The translations under genes and the position numbers were made by a program. The notes beneath the pieces were generated by a model. The model did no database searches. It had not been told where the DNA came from and was given only the letters and a program-made list of their open reading frames with translations. Positions 35,993-50,200 of a DNA stretch of 64,000 nucleotides are shown in pieces (positions within the stretch are counted from its first letter, which is position 1; every line of letters starts with the position of its first letter). The DNA comes from Catajapyx aquilonaris (taxonomy: Eukaryota): NCBI GenBank assembly GCA_000934665.2, contig JYFJ02000031.1:124001-188000 (forward strand), given 5' to 3'.

Positions 35993-38900
35993 GGCCGCAT
36001 TTCAGTCCCACTTTTGCCTTTTTCTTCTATTGACACCACGCGGTCTGTCAACAGATCAGCGCCATGTTGGATCACTGACGTCACCACAACGTTGCCACAT
36101 CGGCCTCATCAGATTGCGAGGTTGCCAACTTTTCCATCGGATCAATACGCTTGAAAATGCAACGCCATTCAACGTCACTATTTAGCACGTAAACAAATCG
36201 TTACGTGCTCATGCGAACTTCTGTGGCGTGACTCCTAGGGGAAACTTAACCCAAAATAAATGGCTAATGGCACTTGCAGTCCTATTCATCATTTTTTAAG
36301 CACACTTATTATACCACCTGCTATGAGCTCAGGTTGCTAATGATTAATGAGCGGAATGACCTGAAGGTTGCCACAGCCATGAATATTGTTCCCTGGTGTG
36401 TGAACAAGAACCTACAGTACTTTGCACCAAATATACTGCAGCAGACAATACAAAATGATGACAAACTTTGCTATACTCCAATACCAAAGACCCTACTAAT
36501 TACACATTAAATGACATTAAAATTATTGTCCGCATTAAGTTGAGTTCATTACGAATATGAAGTATACAACAAACATTTGATCAAAAACATCAATATCAAT
36601 TAGGTGCGCTTGTCTAATACACACACTTACTGTCCGCAGTAGTACATGTCTCTCACAAAAAAATTAGCACCATTTCAATAACGGCAAACACGACTAATTA
36701 ATATGGACATGAGCTGGCTGAAAGTAATGAATCCCATGGGAATGAAACTCATTGAGTGTAGGAACACATGTATATTTCTCCTGACCACCACAACACGGAG
36801 GCTACGCACAAAACGACCTGGCATGAGCCGCCTAGAAACGAGAGCCCAACAATTTTGGGGATTGGGGGATGCACCCATCCCCAAAAAATTAATTTTAAAA
36901 CAAATCGGACTTTCAAAAATTAAAAATCAGGATGAAACTCATAAATTAGAAAAAAAGGGGGAATCATGGTTATTATGCACTTTTTTTTCTTATTTTCTTT
37001 AAAAAACTTTATAGGGGGGGAGGGTAGACGTTCAACGACAAACTTGTGAACTTTGTACCAATGAGCCGGCCTCAAATCGGGCCAAAGATATGACTCGTGG
37101 TGAAGGGTGGCGTCTGCGGTGGACACTTGTTTTCTCTTCAAAAAAGATTCCATACACATTTTAAATTGTTTATAATATATTAATCCAAGGGAGCTCTGCA
37201 CTTTTGCAAGTGGTTTCCAATATGTGAAGAAAAGAAAAAAAACAAATAAATTTGGAGGCCGACTTGGTGCAGGGTTGATGATGTCCCTAGGGGAATTAAT
37301 GGGACCTTCTTGATATGGCTCTTCTGGGGATGGGAGGGGAACTAGTGAGGGCAAATGCGCAGAAAAGACTTGCACCAGGATATCCGAAAAGTGCGGTGGG
37401 AGAAAAAATAAAAATAAATCTGAAACCAGATCATGGTGTTTCGACTCGGAAGCGCTTATAGCCCCTGAGACACATTAGCAAAAAAAAGGTTTCAACAATA
37501 AAGACAATAATTAAAAAACACTACTTGTTATCCAGATTGCCCACTGAAATATTTTAACTCTCAATAGATAAAAACTATACAACTCATATGATCGTTTCAA
37601 ACCTATAAGCATTTTTTCTCGAGTTCAGTAAAAATCTGTACAACATTTACCAACAAAATTGTGAAATAACGTTTCATTTTTTAATACTGTAAAATCAATA
37701 GTTCCTCTATAAAATACTGTTAAAGCAAACCAACCGCTCAGTCTTGCTGTAAAAACTCTTTGTTAATATTGCACAGGAAAACGGAGCAATTGGTTTGCTT
37801 CGACTCTTTAAAAAAAATTTGTCAATAAACTTGGTCACCATACAACATTTGGCACTCATACAAAAAACTGCCATATGAGCCAAAAAGATGGTCTATATGG
37901 CTATAATAATCACAAGTTTGAAAAAAAGGACAACTTGTCAGATATGATACTATGAGTCCAAACATCATTACAATAGATACAAGTCCTGACAATTGAGAGC
38001 TTTTTTTTTAAAAAAAAAAAAATCCCCAGCCTAAATGTAGCTGAAGTGCAGGACTCCCCCCCCTTTTGTTATACTGCATATACATATATAATGACACTCG
38101 GGGAGGAAGAGAAAGGGCTGATAATAATCAAGGAGACAGCATGGGGAATAAACTAAGGGGTGCACTAAGAAATGGACGGCCCTCCTTTTTTTTCTGTTGC
38201 AAAAAATTTATCCAAGACAAGATACGGACCCTGCACCCATTTTGGAAATCAACACGCGACATAAAAAAGAAATGGTAGACACCGCAGACGCTGCCTCTCC
38301 GGGTTTCTGCACAGCCTGCCTGTTACGTATCTTGGTTTACAGTGGGCATTGCGCTTCATGCACATGTTGTGTCCTCCCCACCCCACCCCCACACACTTAA
38401 AAAAAAAACGACGATGAGCATACACTTCCCCCCACACACACAAGAGGAGGGAGATATATGCCAAACACACTGGCCCGAAATAGAGTACATGGGGGGCGGG
38501 GGAAGGGACACAGTTTTAAATATACAATTGGGCTGCAGTCGTCATCAAACGTGCTATTAAAATTCCCTTCTTGATAAAAACTAAATTCGGTTACTTGCCT
38601 ACGCACACTAGGATTCAGTCCTATGATTGCCTAGAGCAAAAAAGATCATTTGGGGTCACCATTTATCTCCACCCACCATTATTTTTATAATCCCCCCCCA
38701 CACACTCCCTCCCACGATTAAAAAGAAAGACTCCACATGGGGAACCCAGAGAAATAGATAATCTGCCAGTTACAAAATAACCCTTGTAAATTCCTATCCT
38801 ATTGGTAACATCCAGCTCTATTCGCAATAAAAAGACCCATATTTTTTTTTTTTCTTTTTTAAATCTTCCAAAGACAACAACTGTCTATTGCACTCTCTCC

Positions 38901-41274
38901 AACACACCATTGCACTCGAGACCCTTCACTCTTGCCACTGGGACCAATCAAGATAGAAACTCCCACCGGAGATGCCAACAGGTGTCTCATGTTCATTTTC
39001 GTAGTGCGGAGTTCAAGGGGCATGCAAGTGCTCGTCATTTTGAATCTTGTTTTTTAAAAAGACGGATCTCGTGACTTTCAAAGTCAGATAAAATCAAAAT
39101 AATCATGGGAGGGTCACATATGCTTATTTACAAGCCAAGTTATTCACCCGTCTGTTATACACACATTGTATAATTTTCATGAAACAACCCAATTTAATGT
39201 AGGACATTGACATTGACCCTCTCGACTATTAATTTTGATAGAATTGGGTCAAGGCTGAGCAGAAGGACCTTTTCGCTTAACAGCAACTGATTGTACCGCA
39301 ACACTTTCTGCCACACCACAAAAACAATACCAATAATCAGGTATCGTGATTAAAACCTTCGAAAACTAACAGCACCATGAAACCACAGGGTATGTGAAAA
39401 AAAGCTCCTTGCAATAAACTCTGTGTAAAGACTCTTGATAAAATTCCTCCTCTGATTTGTCTTTCGGGAGTTTTTTCGCAGGAACCCTGTGCTAAATTCA
39501 ATCCGAATATGGGTGCTTACAGCTAAAATGCACATAAAACTATTCCAAAAACCAACAACAAAAGGGAAAAAACGATCATTCTATACTCTAGGAGTAAACT
39601 CTCTAACAACAACAGATCGCTATGGAAGATTCACATCTATAAATTTGGCCTCGAGAGGAACAAATTATAAAATCAAACCACTGCCCTCCACCCAGCCTTA
39701 ACAAACCAAGTGGCTCAAAGTCCGAATAGGAACATTTACACAAATTGCCAATAAAATTCATTCGACTGTTGACATAGAGAGAGAGAGAGCAATCTTGCAG
39801 TACCCATAACCCTCCACAGCTCTATATTTCCGTGCACATTCACACGTGGGGGGTGTTCTGGGTAGGGGGGGTCGGTGGAGTGGGAAGGTGACGTGGGGCT
39901 GGGGGTCGGACTACACAGGTATAATGAGGAAGACCAGAAGGGGCCCCCAACATAAGATCCCCCAGTATGTACTGCCCCCTCCGGATTTTCACCCATTTTG
40001 GCACCGGGAGGCCGATGGTATTTTTGTTCAATTTTTAACGCACTCACACACACATACGCATACATTGCAGAGGATATAAATTTATGGGGTGGACCAAGAT
40101 GGGGAGTGTGGGAGGGAAGGGGGGACATAAAAAATGATGGTTCCCTCCATGAGGAAGACTGCACATATAAAATAATAGTGAAAAAAATTTGAGTAACAGG
40201 CTCCTGTGTGCAAAAACTCGACACTTCGGTCCCAGTCTGCACTTTGATACGTTATGTGTGTGTCATTTTTTTTTCTTAGTTTTTCTTTTGTGGGGGGAGG
40301 AGGGGGACAGGGTGAGGATAATTGGGAGAAAAAGGTCATTTGGGGGCACAGCAATGACATATGGGATCAGGGTGGTGAGGAGGTTTTACGTCTTAACACA
40401 AGTTCAGCAGTTCAATGGCACCTATGCGCAAACGTAATACTGCAAAACCATCTGTCAAAAACACATGCATAAAAAATTCTAAATGGAAAAAACAATAACC
40501 ATTTTGCGATGGACTGAGGGATTGTCTTATGTGAACCATCGCAGTCTCGATGAACACAAAACAGGAACCAGAGATATCCAAAAATGAGGGTAGGGCAGGG
40601 TTGGGAGGTAACTGAAGCGTGGCCACACAGACACTTCACCACTTGTTTTCTCCTCTATAAACTTGAGATCCAGTCTCACAATACTGTCAAGGAATGCATT
40701 TCACAAATGCATAGAGATTTTTCATGTTTTTTGTTGCAAGTTTTTTTTTTGTTTTGGTTTTCTGGATTTTGTTGTGATGTTTGAATGAACAGCGGTTCTC
40801 AAAAAGCTTACTCTCTAAAAAATTTTTATATTTGCTTTCTCACTTGCTCTGTTCCTGCACCACTCGGGACAAAAAACGCACAAACGTAAAAAGCTTTGCT
40901 ATCACTCGCAAAAATTACCCTGTGCAAAGTTAGTCATCGACAGACACGTAAGTGATGATTCTTCTTCTTCGACGTGCTTTACGCGACGTCCAATTCGTCA
41001 GGGGGAGAGGGGGACATATGGATACTGGGTGGAAAGTGGGAGGTGGGTAGGGGGTGGGGTGTTATATGTTGGCTTCTCCTTCTCGCCCTCAAGTCTCCAG
41101 CACTGTCACATCCGTATTGTCTCCCATGGCAGGTAACAAATGACAACAATACTTTATACACGATTGGGATTACATACACACTTGATTACACAATTTTCTT
41201 TACCACCTCCACTTCACCTCCACACCTCAGGGGGGGGGGGGATCTCATATTTCCCTATGTACACTAAATCAGTT

Positions 41275-44200
41275 TCAGAAGCTGCCGAACCCCAAGTCCA
41301 TCCGGTCCTGCTTTATCCGGTCCAGCATGTGATTCTGGAGATATCCTGGCTGGCCATATGCGGAGTTGCTGTACGGAGAAGGATACGCATAGTTGGGGCT
41401 CGGGAGGTGGAGGCCATGCGCCGCTGCTGCTGCCGCTGCCGGGGAGTATGGAAAGCCACCTGGCGGGCCTGCTCCGTATGATCCACCACCTCCACCCGGA
41501 TGGTGAGGGTGGTACTGCCCATATGGGTATGGCAGTGGGGGTGAGTTGACTCCTCCCATTGGCCCTCCCATTCCACCTCCCCCACCCATCCCGCAGGGGC
41601 CGCCCATCATCGATGAGGGTCCTCCAGGGAAGATCCCATTTCCAGCACCTCCCATCATGTGGTGGCCTGACCCCATCAAGGAAGGATAACCTCCCATCGG
41701 CGACCCCATCCCAGGGTAGTTTGATGCCAGGCTGGACACGGAGAAGGATGACGGTGATGGGGTGGGCATGTCTGGAGGGGGAGGGCCTCCCCCTCCTCCC
41801 CCACCTCCCCCTCCACCCCCTCCTGGTGTGGAGGGGGCAGTGTTGGCTCCCGGAGTGCTGCCACCACTTCCTCCACCTCCACCAGCTAAGGAGCTGACAG
41901 AGAATGTGGAGCCACCACTGCTGCCAGGCCCACTTCCGCCTTGCTGGCTATACCTATCCAGTGGAAAGCTGTGTTATACAAAAAACAGAAAACAGGATGG
42001 GGGGAAAACGAGAGAGGAAAGAAGCAGGTTAGAATGTGTGTTGCACACTCTCAAAATCAGTAAATGTGTATGCACAGTGGCTGAGTTGGACAGCAGAGTA
42101 GTCCACACATGCCGTAAGGAGGCCTGGATACGACCATTACAACCTCAAACAAATCAGAAATGTAATTACGTAATTGTGTAACTGAGTAGCTGGCTACCAA
42201 CAGGTGTTCTAGGAATGGAAATACTGTATTTTTTCATACGTACTGAAAATTTCAAGACATTTCAAAAAGGGTGTTGGTGTATCAACTATTGACACTGATA
42301 GTTCAATAACACCACAGCTAAAATCTTTAAGCATTGGAATAGAAAACGATTTTTCAAGCATCAGATTTTCAAACATAGGTAAAATTTTCCTGAAATTATT
42401 AACAATTGAACGGTGTTTGTGCCAACCCACTAAAATGTCAAAATTGAGTTAAACCTAGGAACATATGCGTATACCCAAAGGATTCATTCAGTTAAAATCA
42501 ATCTGACGAAATCTGCATACTTTTGCCATAAATGACCGAAAAGGACCCTTAATTTCACAGCTGTGACATTCAAAGCCCCTTTTCTCAACACTGCACTTGT
42601 AACCACCATCCAATTATACAGCACATTATGGGCCCTCCTCTGGACACTAATAGGTAACTTGCCCATGGCAATTCAAATGTTAGGAGTAAATGAATTACCC
42701 CATGGGTAAAATAACCTGTCTGCTGTCTACACTCAAGCTGTAGATTAATTATTTTTAAACACTTTGGATTGGCCTTGAGAAGCAATTTCAAGTGAGCATT
42801 CAATCATTTCCTTTTGTTTTGTAGGAAGCTGCTTGTTACATGTTGGCACCAGAGTGACGCAAAGTTTTTAAAATTTCACATTTCACATTTAAGACTTACA
42901 GGCAATCTTGAACCAGTAAGCCCTTAACGTTGGTTAAGGTCTTCCTTGTAAATAATAATTAATCAGATTAACGCAGCCAGATGGTCAACTGAGGCATACG
43001 ACATCTTGAGCTTGTACAGCTATTCTTTATCAACTGTCCATTTTCAACCATGTGCAATAATAAAATATAATGGGAAAGTTAACTATCATGCTTAATGACA
43101 AATAATACAAACGTATATTACAAAATTTTGCTCACAATTCTTTCCTATCTACAGTATATTGAAAGAAATATGTTACATATAAAAACAGTGATATGTATTC
43201 AACTGGGTACAGCCCACTTTGTACTATATCAAACATCACAATAATTTACATTCTACATTCATTTTCTCGCATGCAGTACACCTGAAGTGCGAAAAGCATT
43301 GTCTGCCAAGTACTCACGTATTGGGTGGGCAGTAGTGTGGGCTGTAGTTTCCACTCCCTGCGCTATTACTGGCAGTTGTGTATGGAGGGCTTCCAGGGTA
43401 GCCTAGGTAAGAGGGTCCCTCTCCATAATGTGGAGGTGGGGGAGGTGCATGGGGGGATCCGTAGTGGTCCGTTGCTCCTCCTCCAGCTCCTCCTGCCCCT
43501 CCATGGTTTCCAGACCCATCACCATCAGCAATGCTGGGGATCTGATCCACAAGAGATTCCAGACCAGAGAGAGACTTAGAGGTCATGTCTTGGTGGCTTA
43601 CCACCCCGACATTGGGATTGGGCGGCTGCTTGTGGTGGTGGTCAAACTCGGGGTTGGAATTTTGCGAGTAAGCCATTGCTGAGTGGGGCTCGGAGTCCAC
43701 TGAGTAGCTGCCATAACTTGGGTAGCTGATACCTGGAGAAGAACAACGTTTCAGTTAATCATGAATGCCAGATCTTCAGGATTTTGCATGCTTTCCTCCT
43801 GGAAAGGAGGTAACACTGAAACTCCATGTCCTACAAAAAATGTATGTTGCAACAATATATTACATTGAGATCCTACAGCTGTAATGATAACAAATAGGAG
43901 CATTAGGGTTCAGAGCTGTACAACTTCAACCTCATGTTAACAGTGACAAATACCACTTCCGTCACTACTTTGACAGCAGTTACCTCAAGACCAATTAGAA
44001 CGCAGCATGTCAGAAGAACAGGAGAAATCATATTTACCTTGAGAATCTGATGATGCCCCAGCTGGGCTGGGAAACCTGCACTCCCCACCAGATTGGTTGT
44101 TGCCATTTGCAGCACCATCTGCACTTCCCTCATCCTTTGGTGCATCTGATGCGTCCTCAGGCATGGATGCTGGTGGCTCAAAATCAGGTGGACCTAGACT

Positions 44201-47200
44201 TGGGGAAGTTGGGGGAGGAGATCCTAGATTATGCTCTGAAGAAATGGCAGCACTAATTTCAGAGGAGAGGTCGGAGTGGGTGTATGCTTGTGATGATGCC
44301 TGCGGGGATGCTGGAGCTGTCGGATATGCCTGTGTTGAAACTGGGGATTGGTGGTAGGCATGTGAACCAGGTGATTGGCTGGGGTTCTGCATGGGGAACA
44401 GCTGTGGCTGCTGTGAGCTGCTGTACGGTGATGCCATGTTCTGCTGTGGGTTATAACCACTGGGCGATTGGATTCCATTTGGTGAAAAACAGTTGGGCGC
44501 TGAACCTGAACATGGGTCCTGGAGCATGTCTGGGAGCCCATTAACAACATTGTTGTTGTTGTTGTTGGTGGGGGGTGCAGGAGGAGGGGTGTCCTCAGTC
44601 TTAATCTTCTTTGGACGCCCTCTCTTCTTCTTAGGTGTATCACCATTTTTGGCCGTCTCTTTCGGCCTAGTGTCCTCCCGCCTCTCTTCTGGAGGCCCAC
44701 CATCTTCTGGCTTAATTTTCTTAGGTCGACCACGCTTTTTCTTCACTGGTAGGTCTTCCTTCATGCCTCCATGGTTCAAATCAGTTAAATCGCCATTTGC
44801 CTGCTTTCCATACTCTGAGTAGTAGTTCCCTGATGCTGCAGCTGCAGCTGCAGCAGCGGCAGCTTGATTAGCAGCCTCTTCCTTGGCACGGTTCTCTGCT
44901 TCCACCTCCATAAAGTGCTTCAACTTGGATTCCGTAAATACCAGTTCTGATTCATCAAGCGTGGCCACCATGCCGTTCAGGTAATCACGAAACTTTTTGA
45001 GTGCTGCATAAAATGGGACCTTGTCGGCTGCACGGGGGAGCTGGGCACACCGGGCACTTGAAGATGGCATCACCCAGATATACTAAGAAATAGGACAAAA
45101 GATAGAGTCTTACAAAATGTATAATGTTAAAAAAAACCATCTACCAGAGAGCATCATTAATATCATAGGGATCACCAAAATCAGCTTCCCTTATTGCTAC
45201 CATGTATTGGAACTGCTGCGATCATCAACCTACTGCCACTCCTCAACATTTCCCTACCATTCCCTCCATCCCACAAAAAGAAGAACCATCCAATTTGGTA
45301 CATGATTGTCACCATACATGGTGATGCACCACTCAGGTCACCAATTCAGAGGGAGTAATAATGGATTGCTTAGCCCGGGAACCACATCAATGAGAAGCAA
45401 TGATCTGCGCTACGTTCAATTGTCTGGATTGCACTCTCTCTTTCAACTGGTTTTTGGAGTCAATAATCCATCATTTCCGCTCTTGAATTAGAGACTGGAG
45501 CAACAAGGTGGCCAGACAAGTTTCTGTAAGCATCAAGCTAGTGTCTTACACATTTTCTTAGCTCACAGCTTCACGTATTGTGGCAAAATACTCTTCACTT
45601 GATTCTCTGACACATTCGCAGAGAGTCCACCAAACCTTGCCACTTTGCCACTCAACACATCATCACTGCCAACGTGCCACCAGCAAACTGAAGGGTAAAA
45701 GTTATAAACCACCCATAATGCGATCTGTTTCATACACACATGCACCTGCACAGCAGATGTATGGAACATATCACGTCCTTGACCAACCCCATGGAAAATG
45801 TTACATGCATGCATAATACAGCAGGACAACAATGGTTCTGTAACTGCATGTGCCTGGCAAGCAAAATGATGTGTAAATGAGATGGAAAAGAATCACCTGG
45901 GCTCAGATATAATGGGAAATCATACCAGATATCATATTTTAATAAATAACAAGGACACATGAATTAAGAGTAATTTTGAAGGCGACAATCCTAGGCATTT
46001 TACAAACCAACCTGCTTGTCCACTGCTTATTGCATTACCTTTTGCTAATATTGCAAGCAAATTTTGTATCTTTCCTGCTGGATCACAAGGGTGCAGGCAC
46101 TTAAAAACTGTGATTGTCTTTTGTGTACTTCGATAGCGTTAGGTAACCAGACCTTGGCTGCCTAGTGCACAATGGCAGGAAGCAAAAGCCATATTGACCT
46201 TGATAATGAAGAATCAAGCAAATTGATAAAGATTATGTTAGTCGTTTCCTATGAAACAAAACCAATACCTCTCCTTGTCTTTATAGTGAAACCACTATTT
46301 TGTCTTGGTAAATAGATTAAAACTAGTCTAAACTGACAGTCTGCACATACGAGATACTAGATGCAGTGAAAAGGTGTCTATTATGAAATTTTGTTTGGTC
46401 CTGATCAAGGACATAACTGCATTTCATTGCAAATAGCAGGCACTTGTTTAGCATTAACAAATTACATGGAATGGAGTGAAGTTGCTACACATAGGTTTCA
46501 GTTTACTGCCAATCTTAATCACAATTACAGCATATCTTGATGTAAGTGCCCTTTAATTAATCATGGATCAGTGCACATAGCTGGCCCAACATGAAGCTGA
46601 CCTGATAATTATAACCCCCTGCAAGACGCACGTGAGAGGCAGGAAGGTGAAGGGACATGGAGACAAGACCTCAGATGTTGGAGAGACATATCATACTTTC
46701 TACTTTAAGACCAGAATGATGAACACCAATGTCCATTTTGTTTTGGAATACGAAGGGAAAATCCAACGTGAATTCCTGTCAAGATGCAACCTTACACAAT
46801 CTTATACTTTGTATTTGGGTGTCTTGAGAATTGGGCTGTGCAATTTACAAAAAACGACATGAAGCTAACACAGAGAGCCATGCCTGAGTGGTTGTTTCAT
46901 CTCATAAAAACATGGCATGTACTTGTGGGAGGGTGAGCAAGACGGCTGGTTTGGAAAGTAATGCACTGCTAGTGGGGTGGCCAAGAATATATTCAAGACA
47001 CGGCAACATCTCTTGACTTGCTGGAACACATGTGGATTGATAATAATTTTGATCAAATATTCTCTGAGAGCCTGAAAGTCTTCTGCATTAGCAATGATCT
47101 TGCAGCAGTTCTACATGATAAATTGGGGTGGTTTTTATCTTACATGGGCAGGTAGCCTCTGGAAATCATGCAAACTACCCAATCTTGAAGTCAGCTGATT

Positions 47201-50200
47201 TCTATCAGGTAGGGTGTGTTCATCTCAGCATGGATATCAACATGTACAAAAGTCAACCAGAGCTTCCATTTGTCTCTGAGCATTCTGAATGGCTGCTGGT
47301 TGTTATGGAGTGCTCCCTAGCAAGCCTCACCCAGCCTCTTTGGTATGTGTTATAATTTTATCTTTCACATACATGGCATATGCAAGTCTGTAACTTATAG
47401 CTATGGGCTGTTCCAGTAGGTGTGCCCAGTTAATGGTTTTTATGGTTTCATTGCCCAGTGAGTGCAAGGCCCTTCTGGGGGCAGGTGTGTCCAGTTGAAG
47501 TTGCAGAGATCTAACTTGTGCTATATGCAACATAGGGTGGAATTTTTGTCCCACTGCTACTTACTCTAACTTAGCAGTACCATTGCTAACACGGGTACTG
47601 CTAAGTTAGCCATAACTAGCAGTGGGAGAAAAATTCCACCCTTACTGTTCTTGGGTTATGGAGATGCCAGTAAAAATTACTCGGAGACATGGTGGTTTTA
47701 GATACAACCAGGAGGTAATCTGTTGGTATTATATTTTAAACTTTCATTTTGTCCTGATGCCATGTGAACCACAATGCCATTCTCTGTAAAGCACATACTG
47801 TCTGATTTATTTTACTCCCAACACATGTCACCAAGCCCCCTTCTCTCCATCCGTCCACCCCTCCACGGACTGCACTTGTTACCAACCTAATCTCACACAC
47901 GTGGTCACCGCTGTCACCATCAATGCAATATATAGTCAACGCTGTTCTTTCCTTACCACGACAAGGGAATACGCAGTGTCAATGAACACTCAAATTAATA
48001 ATTTATATCACAAATGTATGCTGCATGATTTAATTACAACATTGTTTGTGATACCACAAGTACAGTCCATGGAGGGGTGGATGGGTGGAGGAGAAGGGGG
48101 CTTGGTGACATGTGTTGGGATTAAAATAAATCAGACATACGTTAACTGGTTCTTTACATGTGGTGCTTTTTTTAAAAGGTAGCAATAGTCACTTACCGTA
48201 CTGGTCCCATCCACTAACTCAGGTTGCCTTCCAAAAGGAAAATCCTTCTTCCCAGAGAACACCTCATAGATGAGCTTTCCATTGAAGACTGCTATTTTGG
48301 GCTTGAACTTTTGCAGTTTCTCTAAGAGGATTTGGCTTCCTGTAAAAGACAAAGAGGTGCGGGGCCACAAAATTATTTGAGAATTCAGGAAGCACAAATT
48401 ATCAGAAAGAAAAGGACTCACCTTCTTTTATCTCTCTCCTAGTGAGATCAGCACTTCCTTTTGTAGCTCTGGACACCATGTTGGTGAAGCCAACGCCATA
48501 TTGTAGAAGCTTGTAGTCATCGTCTGCTGTCATGGGCTCAGGAATAAGTCCGGAGAGGTACAAGCACTTCCCTGCGCATCGAATCAGGGACCTTGTTATT
48601 GATCACATCCAAAAATAAAAAGGCCCCAAGGAGGAATACATGAATGCACATCCATTACTGAATGGCTGTGATATATCTTTAACAAATTCTATCTCCACAT
48701 TTTCAGATGGCTTGGCATCCATGTACTTCAATCTCCTTGTCATCTCCTAGCATACTCACAGAAGTGGTTCCCTGGTCCTGCATAGTGGTGACCCTTGTAA
48801 GCAGCAAACAAGCCAGGATTGATGCCAATCTGCCAGTAACAAAACGACAAGTTACATATGAGCAATGCCCTTTGACGCATGTTGATACTCACAATTATGA
48901 TGTCCAGATTAGTCATTAGGTGATCTGGAAGTGTCCGCCGAGACACCTCCTCCTCAGACATGCCATTGAACCGGTCATGCTTCCTCCTCTCCTTCACTAT
49001 GTGCTCCCCCATCTCCTCCTTTACCTTCTTCTTCTTCTTCATGGGGTCCACCATGGCATAAGGCTCTGGGTTATCCATCCTAAAACACACCCATTACATT
49101 TACATCCATAATTGAATTGGCAATATTTCAGTATGTGCCTAAGGTTATACTTTCAAGCATATGAAAGACACTTCAAATCTAATCACATGCATTTGTCTTT
49201 CCTTACAAACAGGTGTACAAGACTGGATGAAAGACATCCATTGGAACATCACCCAACAACCGTGCATAGTTGCACAAATGAAAACGATACACACCCATCC
49301 TCTGGCTTTATCTTCTTTTTCCTTCCCCTCTTCTTTGGCACGTTCTGCATCGGCATGGGCATGGCAGGTGGTGGGACGCCCATGTGTGGATCATCGTCCA
49401 CAAAACTGTATGGGTCTTCTGGAGGGGGTTCTGTCTTTATCCTCCCAGCACCCAATGTCAGGTTCACTGGTTCTGAAGTCTCCATGTGAGCCTTCATCTC
49501 CAGGTCAGCACTGGTTTCATAACCGTCGTCTAGCGGTTCCTGTTTCATGGTGCTGCTGCTGGAGAGAATCTCCACTTTAGGTCTCCTTTCGGATATCATG
49601 AGGGCAGTGACTCTTAATTTTTCAGCCAACATTGGTCAGGTGGCATTTTTGAAATGTACAAGCGAAACTGGTGTAAGAACATGAGCAAAAGGAAGGCATT
49701 AAGTAACAGAACATCGCAAACACATGTGGCAAACTGATAGTGGCAACCACACAACATACACCCACTGCTTTAAAATTTTCTATTGCCTGCAGTTCCCTTC
49801 TTACCTTCTACCTACTTTTTGCTCATGTTTACACAAATGACCTTCATTCACATTAAGCAGAATTCCATACATGCAAGCAAATATTTAAAAATTTCACATA
49901 AAATTGACGTAACCAAACTTTCCTAAAGCCCAATGCGACCACATGAAGGATTTCACACATTATATTTGCCACACTGGGGAAGACCATACATTCACGTGCG
50001 ACGATTCTTCATCAAGGCCTGATTAAATTCTACTGTCAATATCAACATTACTTTTGCACAAGTTTTTACAGTCTCTTGTAATGGCCAAAGTGCTCAACAA
50101 CTTAAATTATTATGAAAAATACTCCACTTTAAGGCCTGTCACTTCTAATTTCGGTCAAAACAATAATTTCTGTGAAAAGTCAGGTTATGAGAAGATCATT

